A stretch of DNA of 64,000 bases from the NCBI GenBank assembly GCA_020639315.1, contig JACKGM010000001.1, forward strand, positions 146,511-210,510, given 5' to 3'. Source of the stretch: Candidatus Nomurabacteria bacterium. Lineage in GTDB: Bacteria; Patescibacteriota; Saccharimonadia; JAGOAT01. Under the pieces are notes generated by a model. It was not told the DNA's origin and did no database searches. It saw only the letters and a program-made list of their open reading frames with translations. Positions 51,790 through 60,529 of the stretch are shown here, one piece after another. The translations under genes were made by a program, and so were the position numbers. How positions within the stretch are numbered: the stretch's first letter is position 1; the number at the start of each line of letters is the position of its first letter.

Positions 51790-52555
51790 GTTATTTAGCT
51801 TTTTGATTACACCAATGCTTAATCTACTAATGCTAATATATGCATTGCTGCCCGGTAACGATTTTGGGATTGCAGTAATCATAGTGACAATTATTATTAG
51901 GTTAATACTATGGCCTCTCAATAGCAAGCAACTTCATTCTCAGAAAAAGCTTCGGACACTACAGCCTAAGATCCAAAAGATCAAGAAGCAGGCCAAAGGC
52001 GATCGCCAGAAAGAGCAGGCCTTGCTCGCCCAGCTCTATAAGGATGAAGAAGTTAATCCGGCCGGTTCGTGCTTGATGGCAATAGTCCAGCTTCCTTTTA
52101 TGACCTCACTGTATTTTGTTTTTCAGAAGAGCTCGAAGGATTTTGGAGATGTCTTCAATAGTCTTTATGGGTTTTTGCAAAACAACCAATTCATCCTAGA
52201 TCTTAAGAACAACCCCAGCTTGTACGATCCAAGTTTGCTTGGATTTATTCACCTCACAAAGCCCAGTATAGTTTTGGCAGTTTTGGCGGGTCTTGGCCAG
52301 TTTATCCAAACAAGGATGTTACAAGCCAATCAGTCTAAAGATAGGTCAAAGGATAAGAAAAGACAGCCCAACCCCCAAGAAGATATGATGAAGGGTATGA
52401 CCTATGCTTTTCCCCTATTTACAATATTTATTGGTAGTAGATTGCCAGCGGCTCTTTCGCTTTATTGGCTAGTATCTACTATTGTAAGTATTATTCAACA
52501 ACATCTAGTATTAAATAAGGAAGTAAAGAAGATGGAAGGGGGTGACAATGAATAA
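51782..52555 (+). CDS. yidC: membrane protein insertase YidC (short form)
   Basis: AVIIVTIIIRLILWPL, KIQKIKKQ and the C-terminal TM helices. Confidence 0.9.
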   Translation: MDKLFSFLITPMLNLLMLIYALLPGNDFGIAVIIVTIIIRLILWPLNSKQLHSQKKLRTLQPKIQKIKKQAKGDRQKEQALLAQLYKDEEVNPAGSCLMAIVQLPFMTSLYFVFQKSSKDFGDVFNSLYGFLQNNQFILDLKNNPSLYDPSLLGFIHLTKPSIVLAVLAGLGQFIQTRMLQANQSKDRSKDKKRQPNPQEDMMKGMTYAFPLFTIFIGSRLPAALSLYWLVSTIVSIIQQHLVLNKEVKKMEGGDNE

Positions 52556-52982
52556 CCAAGAGATACTAGATTGGCTAGGGCGAGTAATAGGACTATTTGA
52601 TCAGGATGCCAAGCTTGAATACGGTGATTTGGACAAACCAGAGTTTAGGGTAGTGTCAGAAGACAGCTTAGTAATAAAAAACCGAGCAGAGATTATCAAA
52701 GCATTAGAATACCTAATCAGTCAAATTGCTCCATACCAGGAAGGAATTAGGCCAAGCCTAGATATCAACGGTTACAAAAAAGAACGCCAAGAAAAGTTAA
52801 TGATGATGGCAGAAAACACTGCAGATCAAGTCGTTGGTACTGGTAGAGACAAGGTTTTGCCAGAAATGAACAGTTTTGAAAGAAGGATTATCCATATAGT
52901 ACTTGCTGATCGGGATGATGTCGTTACCGAAAGTGTTGGTGAAGGTAGGCTAAAAAGGGTTAAGATTTTGCCCAAACAATGA
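52542..52982 (+). CDS. jag: RNA-binding protein Jag/KhpB (KH + R3H)
   Basis: R3H motif ERRIIHIVL. Located downstream of yidC. Confidence 0.8.
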   Translation: MTMNNQEILDWLGRVIGLFDQDAKLEYGDLDKPEFRVVSEDSLVIKNRAEIIKALEYLISQIAPYQEGIRPSLDINGYKKERQEKLMMMAENTADQVVGTGRDKVLPEMNSFERRIIHIVLADRDDVVTESVGEGRLKRVKILPKQ

Positions 52983-53530
52983 AGCTAATAGCTGAACCCC
53001 TAAAAGGGGTAAAGGTTATCGAAGGGGAGAGGTATAAAGACCTCAGGGGTCATTTCAATCAAGTTAGTCAGCAAGACCAGCTACGAGAGGTAGGAGTCGA
53101 TCAGAGATTTGTTCAGACTAACCACGCCTTTTCGTATCAAAATGTTATTAGGGGTCTGCATTACCAGACTAACCAAGCAAAACTGATTTACTTGGTCAGT
53201 GGTAAGGTCTTAGATGTGTTTGTGGATGTTAGGCATGACTCATCAGATTTTGGCAAATGGGGAAGTGTTTGGCTGGAACAATCAGATACCAAGCTAGTCT
53301 ATATACCAGTTGGTGTTTTACACGGTTTTGTAACTGTATCCAAAAAGAGTAACCTTATCTATCAGATGACTGCCAATTGGGATCCAGCTAAAGAAGGAGG
53401 GATTAATCCTTTAGACCCTAGATTGGATATAAATTGGCCATTAGTAGGAAGTGCAATATTATCTGACAAGGATAAAAGCTCCCAGGCTTTTGGTCAAATT
53501 GATTGGGAGTTAATACAGTGGCAGATGTAA
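52979..53530 (+). CDS. rfbC: dTDP-4-dehydrorhamnose 3,5-epimerase
   Basis: YKDLRGHFNQV and RGLHYQ motifs on a cupin fold. Confidence 0.85.
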   Translation: MKLIAEPLKGVKVIEGERYKDLRGHFNQVSQQDQLREVGVDQRFVQTNHAFSYQNVIRGLHYQTNQAKLIYLVSGKVLDVFVDVRHDSSDFGKWGSVWLEQSDTKLVYIPVGVLHGFVTVSKKSNLIYQMTANWDPAKEGGINPLDPRLDINWPLVGSAILSDKDKSSQAFGQIDWELIQWQM

Positions 53531-54381
53531 TCATACTTGGATCTAGAGGTCAACTAGGAGTAGAGTTAAGCTTGCGGATTGATGGAGCTAGGCAATACTC
53601 ACACCAAGACATAGATATCACTGATTTAAAACAGTTAAGGTTAGTCAGGATAGATCAAGACAGTTTAGTAATCAACGCTGCCGCTTATACCAATGTAAAT
53701 TTAGCTGAGATAGAGCAAGAAGCTGCCTGGAAGGTTAATGCCAATGCTTCAGCAAATCTAGCGATCTGGACTCAAGAGGCAGGTGCTAGATTAATTAATA
53801 TCTCTACAGATTATGTGTTTAATAAAGATTATCGAGATTCCGGTAAGTATGGTGGTATATTGAGCTCCGAGACGCCTAACCCAATTTCGACATATGGCAT
53901 TAGTAAAGCTGCAGGGGAGTTGGCTACTACTCTTAATCCGAGAAGCTACAACATTAGGACCACTTGTGTCTATGGGTCAGGTAACAATTTTGTCCGGACA
54001 GTCTTGAGGTTGGCTAAAGAGGCTGGGACACTGAAAATGATCAATGACCAGCTAACTAGACCGACTTGGGCGGGTGACTTGGCTGAGTTTATTATAGCTC
54101 TGACTACTAGAGGCGATCACCAATTTGGGACTTATCATTATACCAATTCCGGGGAAGTGGTAAGCTGGTTTGAGCTTGCTAACTATATTGTTATGCAGGC
54201 AAAAGTCGAAGCGAAAGTCTTACCGATTGGTACCAAGCAGTATATAGAGATGCAAGCAGATCAGGTAATTGCACCGAGACCAAAATATGCGATTCTAGAT
54301 ATTAACAAGGAATCAAAGATATATGATGCCGATTGGAAAGATAGTCTTAGAGCTTATTTAAAAGCAGAGCTTAAGAAGTGA
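53518..54381 (+). CDS. rfbD: dTDP-4-dehydrorhamnose reductase
   Basis: ILGSRGQLG Rossmann motif and YGISKAAGE. GTG 53518 is preferred (GGGAG lies 8 nt upstream) over the track TTG at 53503. Confidence 0.8.
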   Translation: MADVIILGSRGQLGVELSLRIDGARQYSHQDIDITDLKQLRLVRIDQDSLVINAAAYTNVNLAEIEQEAAWKVNANASANLAIWTQEAGARLINISTDYVFNKDYRDSGKYGGILSSETPNPISTYGISKAAGELATTLNPRSYNIRTTCVYGSGNNFVRTVLRLAKEAGTLKMINDQLTRPTWAGDLAEFIIALTTRGDHQFGTYHYTNSGEVVSWFELANYIVMQAKVEAKVLPIGTKQYIEMQADQVIAPRPKYAILDINKESKIYDADWKDSLRAYLKAELKK

Positions 54382-55400
54382 AGATCCTAATTACCGGTGG
54401 AGCAGGGTTTATTGGTAGTAATTTTGTCAGATATATGGCTACTAGTTACCCAGATTATCAGTACTTGGTACTAGATAAGCTGACCTATGCCGGGAATTAC
54501 TCCAATATAGAAGAACTGGTTGAGCAAGGAAAGGTAAGATTTATCAAAGCAGATATTGGCAATCCTGCAGAACTCGAACAGTTGTCTAGCGAGGGGATCA
54601 ATCAAATAGTGAATTTTGCAGCCGAAACCCATGTCGATAGGTCTATCACTGATCCAGGATTGTTTATTAGGACCAATATTCTAGGGGTTAATAACCTACT
54701 AGACTTGGCAAGGAGGTTAGAGATCAGATTTCATCAAGTATCAACCGATGAGGTATTTGGTAGTCTCTCACTAGTGAATCTTGATGCTAAGTTCTTAGAG
54801 ACAACTCCATATGACCCCAGGTCACCCTACTCAGCTTCAAAAGCTGGGGCAGATCATCTCGTCAATGCCTATCATCACACCTATGGTCTATGGACTACAA
54901 TCAGTAATTGTTCCAATAATTATGGACCGTATTGTTACCCGGAGAAGTTAATACCGTATTTTGTTATCAGTATGACCAAAGGTCTCAATGTGCCAGTCTA
55001 TGGTAATGGTAAGAATATCCGAGATTGGCTATATGTGGAGGATCATTGCCGGGCAATTGATCAGATTATTCATCATGGGAGAGCTGGGGAAAGTTATTGT
55101 GTTGGTGGGGGAGAGGAAAAGTCTACGATCGAGATTGCTGATATTATAGCTGATCAGCTTGGATTGGATTATGAACCAAAAGTTTTTACTAAGGATCGGC
55201 CTGGGCATGATCAAAGGTATGCGATAGATCATACTAAAATATCAACCGAGCTGGGGTACAAACCTCAGTACAGCTTTGAAAGTGGGATTAGACAGACTAT
55301 TGACTGGTATCTAACCAATCCAGGTTGGTGGGAGCCGTTACTGAGTGGGCTTAAGAAACAGGACTTTATAGACAGTGGGAAATTTTTGTCAAGCTTGTAG
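54378..55400 (+). CDS. rfbB: dTDP-glucose 4,6-dehydratase
   Basis: TGGAGFIGSNF and YSASKAGADHL motifs. Confidence 0.9.
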   Translation: MKILITGGAGFIGSNFVRYMATSYPDYQYLVLDKLTYAGNYSNIEELVEQGKVRFIKADIGNPAELEQLSSEGINQIVNFAAETHVDRSITDPGLFIRTNILGVNNLLDLARRLEIRFHQVSTDEVFGSLSLVNLDAKFLETTPYDPRSPYSASKAGADHLVNAYHHTYGLWTTISNCSNNYGPYCYPEKLIPYFVISMTKGLNVPVYGNGKNIRDWLYVEDHCRAIDQIIHHGRAGESYCVGGGEEKSTIEIADIIADQLGLDYEPKVFTKDRPGHDQRYAIDHTKISTELGYKPQYSFESGIRQTIDWYLTNPGWWEPLLSGLKKQDFIDSGKFLSSL

Positions 55401-55409
55401 GTATACAAA

Positions 55410-56600
55410 ATGCCTTTAATCGACTTACGCAAAACCTCGGGCTCTCCAGGATCATTTTCCAGTGATTCAGAAGTTATTTTATCTGATGGAAGCGATACCT
55501 TAGTATCGGCGACAGCAGAAAAAGGAGTTCTGGACACTGGAGGTGAGTCTGGGAGCTCAGGGATTTTGCGTAAGTCAAGTTTAAGAGAGCTAAGTTTAAA
55601 CAATTTTAGAAATTACCATAGCCTAGATTTTGAGTTTAGTGCACCGATTACGGTAATAATAGGACAAAACGGCAGAGGTAAGACAAATCTAATCGAAGCG
55701 ATTTATCTGACTAGCCTCAGTAAATCGTGGAGAACAAAGGATCAGAATCTAATCGGGGAGGGAGGTCAGGGTTACAAGGTTCAGGCTGATTGGGTCGAGC
55801 ACAAGATTTCAGTCGAGTATCATCCAGATACCAGGAAGGTGATTAAGCGATCTGGTATAGAGATCAAGCCTGGGCAGCTAGTGGGGCTTAGTCCATTAGT
55901 ATTGTTTGAGCCCAGTAGTCTAAACTTATTTATTATGGGACCCAGTTATCGCAGGGGCTACTTAGACCAGACGCTTTGCCAGATAAGTAGCCATTATTTA
56001 GTCAAGCTCAATAAATATAATAAGGTAATGAGGCAGCGTAATCAGGCGCTCAAGCAACAATTGAGTCAGGATTTGATATTTGCCTACAATTTACAGCTGG
56101 TTGAGTATGGGTGGTTTATTTATGAGCAGAGGACAAGGCTTATAGACTACTACAATCAGAATCTCAGCCATTGGTACCAGGAGATCAGTGGTCAGAAAGA
56201 AGATATAGCAATAGATTATCTAAGCAACCTGGGCTCTGATCCAGACCAATATCTGCTAAATCTAGAGAAAAGTTTTAGTAAAGATATAGTCAGGCAATCT
56301 ACCTCAATCGGTATTCATCATGATGATATCTTAGTAAAAATTGACGATCAAGAAGTGAGGGACTATGCTAGTCGGGGTGAAAGTCGGACCGTGGTACTGG
56401 CAATGAAGCAAGTAGAGCTAATCTATATTGAAGAGGTTCTAGGGAAAAATGCGATTTTACTGCTCGATGATGTGGTGAGTGAGCTTGACTATTTAAGGCG
56501 CAAACAGCTTGTGGCAATGCTCGGCAAGCAGCAGTCGATTATTACAACTACAGAAGCAATTTCAGATCTACCTGATAGCTCTACGGTTTTCAGCCTTTAG
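55410..56600 (+). CDS. recF: DNA replication and repair protein RecF (start uncertain; TTG 55566 would remove a Ser/Gly-rich extension)
   Basis: LSLNNFRNY, Walker A GQNGRGKTNLIEAI and the LLLDDV signature. Confidence 0.85.
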   Translation: MPLIDLRKTSGSPGSFSSDSEVILSDGSDTLVSATAEKGVLDTGGESGSSGILRKSSLRELSLNNFRNYHSLDFEFSAPITVIIGQNGRGKTNLIEAIYLTSLSKSWRTKDQNLIGEGGQGYKVQADWVEHKISVEYHPDTRKVIKRSGIEIKPGQLVGLSPLVLFEPSSLNLFIMGPSYRRGYLDQTLCQISSHYLVKLNKYNKVMRQRNQALKQQLSQDLIFAYNLQLVEYGWFIYEQRTRLIDYYNQNLSHWYQEISGQKEDIAIDYLSNLGSDPDQYLLNLEKSFSKDIVRQSTSIGIHHDDILVKIDDQEVRDYASRGESRTVVLAMKQVELIYIEEVLGKNAILLLDDVVSELDYLRRKQLVAMLGKQQSIITTTEAISDLPDSSTVFSL

Positions 56601-56640
56601 AACTTGTTATAACAAGCCTTCCAATCGTCAAATCAATACC

Positions 56641-57450
56641 GAATGCTGGATCCCCCGTAAGTTCTCCGAACTTCGGAGGATGACAATGCCCTCTGTGTGT
56701 CATCTTCGGATTACCCGGAGGGTAATACCGGAGATCCAGTATTTGAATTGAATTCCAGAAATGCAAAATACTGGATCCCCCGTAAGTTCTCCGAACTTCG
56801 GAGGATGACAATCCTCTCCCTGTCATATTCCAAAATCCTGTAAGGATTTATGGGATATCCAGTATTTGAATTGAACCCCAGAAATGCAAAATACTGGATC
56901 CCCCGTAAACCCTCTGGGTTTCGGAGGATGACTAATGCTCTGGATCCCCCGTGAGTTCTCCGAACTTCGGAGGATGACAATCCTCTCCCTGTCATATTCC
57001 AAAATCCCAGAGGGATTTATGGGATATCCAGTATTTGAATTGAACCCCAGAAATGCAAAATACTGGATCCCCCGTAAGTTCTTTGAACTTCGGAGGATGA
57101 CAATGCACAATGCCAGAATACTGGATCCCCCGTAAGTTCTCCGAACTTCGGAGGATGACAATGCCCTTCCGTGTCATCTTCGGATTTCTCTAAAAGAGAA
57201 ATACCGGAGATCCAGTATTTGAATTGAATTCCAGAAATGCAAAATACTGGATCCCCCGTAAGTTCTTTGAACTTCGGAGGATGACAATGCACAATGCCAA
57301 AATACTGGATCCCCCGTAAGTTCTCCGAACTTCGGAGGATGACAAGAGAAAGGTGGGGTTTCGGAGGGATGACAAGAGGGAGACGGAGTTTCGGAGGATG
57401 ACAGGACAGGAACGAGTTTCGGAAGAGGATAGAAGATGACTCGGAGGGTA
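56641..57450. repeat. largest hairpin-unit array (~810 bp, 12+ units and 3-4 half-units)
   Basis: Alternating forward type-1 and reverse type-2/3 units are joined by ccagtatttgaattgaayyccagaaatgcaaaatactgg linkers. Ends with 28-29 bp half-unit reiterations. Confidence 0.95.
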
Positions 57451-57624
57451 CTAATTTGGGCAGATCTATTGTAGGATAAATATAGCCACCGCAAGACAAA
57501 ACCTGTCTATTTTGAGCGATGGATTGTGAGCCGAGAATATTAATAATAGCTTTGTTGGTTGTTAGTTTTACCTTGGGAATCGCTTGCACCTACTATTGTC
57601 TTTAGAATAATGCACTCAGCTATT

Positions 57625-57785
57625 AACCCTGTTGCCATATAAACTTGCGAGGTCAAAGCTGATGATTTTTATTCCAGAATAGCAAAACACGACAAAGCAT
57701 AACAGGAGTCACGCTGCGAAGTGTTTTGCTAGTCTGGGGCAAAAATGGCAGTTTCGAAGCCGTGAGGTTATATGGCAACAGGGTT
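57625..57785 (+). mobile_element. 161-bp MITE, family 1, copy 2
   Basis: Same ends and ATT flanking duplication. Three differences from copy 3. Ends 44 bp upstream of the Mur ligase ATG. Confidence 0.9.
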
Positions 57786-57829
57786 ATTATTGTAATATTA
57801 TTGTTCAGGATATTAAAAAAGGAGATAAA

Positions 57830-59149
57830 ATGGTGAAAAAGTTTCTTAAAAAAATTGTTCCCCAGTCAGTTTTTAACTTGTATCACTTGGGGTGGTCGGT
57901 TGGCTCAAATCTGTATTACCGATTTCCGAGCAAGAAGCTAACGGTAATCGCAATCAATGGGTCAAAAGGTAAGACTACTACAGCCAATATGGTTAGGCAG
58001 ATTCTGGAGGCCAATGGAGATAAGGTCGGGATGATTAGTACAGCCAATATTGTGATCGGCAAGACCGAAAAGCTCAACCCCTATCATATGACCATGCCAG
58101 GCAGGACTAAATTACAGAAATTGATTAGATCAATGGTTGATCAGGGGTGTAAATACCTAATCCTAGAAGTTACTTCTGAAGGGCAGGTACAGTATAGGCA
58201 CTGGGGGCTAAATATAAACTACTTGGTTTATCTCAACCTTACTGATGAAAGGCAAGAGGCTCATGGATTTAGCTATCAGAGGATGAAGCAGGATAATGCG
58301 AAAATGTTTAGGACGATGGCAAGGCAAAATAATCTAGATCGAGGTCAGGGTCAAGTAAAAAGGCTTTTAATAATCAATAGAGATGATAATGAGGCAGAGT
58401 TTTATATTGGGCAGTATGGATACGCAACCAAAAGTTTTGGCAAGAAGCAAGAATACGACTATCATCTAGGAGAGATTACAGAGGACAAGTCCGGGGTTAG
58501 TTTCAGGGTAAATAACAGTAAGTACCATATTCCGATTGGTGGTAGCTTCAATGGGGATAATGCTTTGGCAGCGATTGCTGTCACTAGTGAGATTGGGGTT
58601 AGTCAAGAGATTATTACTAAGACCCTTAATAATCTTGAGCAAATACCAGGGCGATTTGAGAGAATTAGTCAGGGACAAGATTTTGAAGTGATTGTGGATT
58701 ATGCCTACGAACAAGCAGGTATCAAGGGTCTTTTGGAATCGGTCAATAAAATAAAAGGTCCTGAATCAAAAGTCTGGGTTCTGATCGGTGGTCAAGGAGG
58801 GGGTCGCGATAAGAAGAAACGGCCAGAAATAGGTAAGATCGCGATGGAAAATGCTGATAAGGTAATAGTCACAGATGATGATCCATATGAAGAAGACCCA
58901 ATCAGTATCATCAAAGACATTGAAAAGGGTATCAGGGAGGTTTCGAAAGCTAAAGACCAAGATTACTTTTTGATTCAAGACAGAAGAGAGGCGATTGCTT
59001 TTGCCCTAAGATCTGCCCAGCCCCAAGACGTCGTGGTAATAGCTTGCAAAGGGGCAGACCAACTAATGATGCGCAAAGAGGGACCGATACCTTGGGATGA
59101 TCGGGCAGTAGTGCGAGAAGAGCTTAAAGCACTGGTAGGGAGTAGATAA
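57830..59149 (+). CDS. Mur ligase family protein (MurE-like)
   Basis: AINGSKGKTTT P-loop. Central and C-terminal Mur ligase domains (EVTSEG, IACKGADQ...PWDD). AGGAG RBS. Confidence 0.6.
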   Translation: MVKKFLKKIVPQSVFNLYHLGWSVGSNLYYRFPSKKLTVIAINGSKGKTTTANMVRQILEANGDKVGMISTANIVIGKTEKLNPYHMTMPGRTKLQKLIRSMVDQGCKYLILEVTSEGQVQYRHWGLNINYLVYLNLTDERQEAHGFSYQRMKQDNAKMFRTMARQNNLDRGQGQVKRLLIINRDDNEAEFYIGQYGYATKSFGKKQEYDYHLGEITEDKSGVSFRVNNSKYHIPIGGSFNGDNALAAIAVTSEIGVSQEIITKTLNNLEQIPGRFERISQGQDFEVIVDYAYEQAGIKGLLESVNKIKGPESKVWVLIGGQGGGRDKKKRPEIGKIAMENADKVIVTDDDPYEEDPISIIKDIEKGIREVSKAKDQDYFLIQDRREAIAFALRSAQPQDVVVIACKGADQLMMRKEGPIPWDDRAVVREELKALVGSR

Positions 59150-59169
59150 GTTCGCTATAATCTTGTTAT

Positions 59170-60021
59170 ATGATCAATATCGGACTTATGCCTTATAGCC
59201 TCGGAGGAGGAGTAGTCGAGACAGAAGCGGGTGCTCAGGCGATCTTTGAGCAATTAGCACCTCACCTCGAACAAAGAGGGCTAAGTTATGGCCTATTAGA
59301 TGCAGTTGCACCTAGTGGGTTACCTCGAGTCAGTAACTCGAGGGTTAAGAATTATGCTGCTCTAATCGGCCTCAATCGGTCGCTAAAATCAAGTTTGATT
59401 TCTAGTATTAGTGAGCAAGAAGAGACACTTTTGACCATCGGGGGAGACCGGGGGTCAGTGCTTGGGTCTGCTTTTGCTACCAAGGAGCTTTATCCCCAAG
59501 CGGCTATTATCTATTTCTCAGGATTTGGGGATAGCTTTATGCCAGGTAATGGTTCAGGAGAGTGGCTCAATAATTCAATAGTCCCTAGCCTACTTGGTAG
59601 AGCAGCAGCAAAAGACTTACCGACCAAAGGTTATCGAGATTTTGAGATGATAATAGTAGGACCACAATACCTTGAGCGTTCAGAGCTAGAATATATCAAA
59701 GGACAAAATATCAAATATTTTGGGATCAATCAAATCCTAGTGGGAGGGTTCAAGCCTCTTATCCAAGCGATTCGTCAGACCCTTGGCCATAAACCAGTCC
59801 ATATTTTCTTTTCTATGGATACTATGAATTTCCAAGATTTTCCAGGTATTAGCCAGCCCAATCAAGGAGGTCTTAGCTATCGCGAGATCAAGCTGGTGTT
59901 TTCTGAGCTTGCGAAAAAGCAGATCAGGGGGATAACTATTGCCGATCAAGCACCAGACTATGATCAAGATGAGAGGACCCTTACTCTTGCTACTGAGTTG
60001 ATCCTAGATCTACTGAGTTGA
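59170..60021 (+). CDS. arginase/ureohydrolase-fold protein with substituted metal ligands
   Basis: TIGGDRG replaces GGDHS, FSGFGD replaces DAHxD, and SMDTMN replaces SxDxD. C-terminal ADQAPDYD. Confidence 0.45.
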   Translation: MINIGLMPYSLGGGVVETEAGAQAIFEQLAPHLEQRGLSYGLLDAVAPSGLPRVSNSRVKNYAALIGLNRSLKSSLISSISEQEETLLTIGGDRGSVLGSAFATKELYPQAAIIYFSGFGDSFMPGNGSGEWLNNSIVPSLLGRAAAKDLPTKGYRDFEMIIVGPQYLERSELEYIKGQNIKYFGINQILVGGFKPLIQAIRQTLGHKPVHIFFSMDTMNFQDFPGISQPNQGGLSYREIKLVFSELAKKQIRGITIADQAPDYDQDERTLTLATELILDLLS

Positions 60022-60022
60022 T

Positions 60023-60051
60023 TTGCCGAAATCGTCTCTAGGGGGTATAAT
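60023..60051 (+). promoter_or_regulatory. sigma70-type promoter of tRNA-fMet
   Basis: TTGCCG, 17 nt spacer, TATAAT; about 30 bp upstream of the tRNA 5' end. Confidence 0.5.
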
Positions 60052-60083
60052 TAGATATTGTTACAGTCATTGGTGTAAACAGA

Positions 60084-60160
<77 letters not shown>

Positions 60161-60173
60161 TTTATATAGAATT

Positions 60174-60282
60174 TATAGCAAGTCAAAAACAAAACCAGAC
60201 TTTTGACCCAGCTCTAGAGTCTATAAAGCTAGTTTTCTATAGTACAGCTCAAATTGTCCGGTTTTGTTTTGAGTTTGCTATA
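60174..60282 (+). mobile_element. family-2 MITE with internal deletion (109 bp)
   Basis: Both ends are conserved. The central ~55 bp are missing between ctagtt(t)tc direct repeats. Contains the intact target site of the family-1 MITE. Confidence 0.75.
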
Positions 60283-60315
60283 TACTGTGCCACTAATCAG
60301 TATTTTGGTTAGCCA

Positions 60316-60525
60316 CTAGAAATGCAAAATACTGGATCCCCCGTAAACTCCTTCGAAGTTTCGGAGGATGACAATGCACAATGCCAGAATACTGGATCCC
60401 CCGTAAGTTCTCCGAACTTCGGAGGATGACAAGACCTCCTCAATCACCAGCCCAAATTTCCGTCCCCTTCCTCCGTCATCTTCGGATTACCCGAAGGGTA
60501 ATACCGGAGATCCAGTATTTGCATT
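60316..60525. repeat. hairpin-unit repeat cluster
   Basis: Two forward type-1 units, one degenerate unit and one reverse type-2 unit. Confidence 0.9.
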
Positions 60526-60529
60526 ATTC

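Noticed and set aside
56641-57450. CRISPR-like appearance of the long repeat array and of the 28-29 bp half-unit reiterations.
   Set aside because: The units alternate in orientation. The 'spacers' are themselves repeated (for example atgcacaatgccagaa recurs four or more times) or are purine-rich copies of each other. Repeat lengths and periods are irregular, and no cas genes are nearby.
56590-57589. A stack of overlapping ORFs in the track (56590..56826, 56711..56995, 56823..57161, 56935..57135, 56992..57177, 57017..57589, 57174..57494, 57190..57375), with similar ones at every repeat cluster. They encode peptides such as SSSEVRRTYGGSSILHFW.
   Set aside because: They are translations of the hairpin-unit repeats. 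They appear on both strands and in several frames, with the same peptides wherever the repeat occurs. They have no RBS and no independent coding signal.
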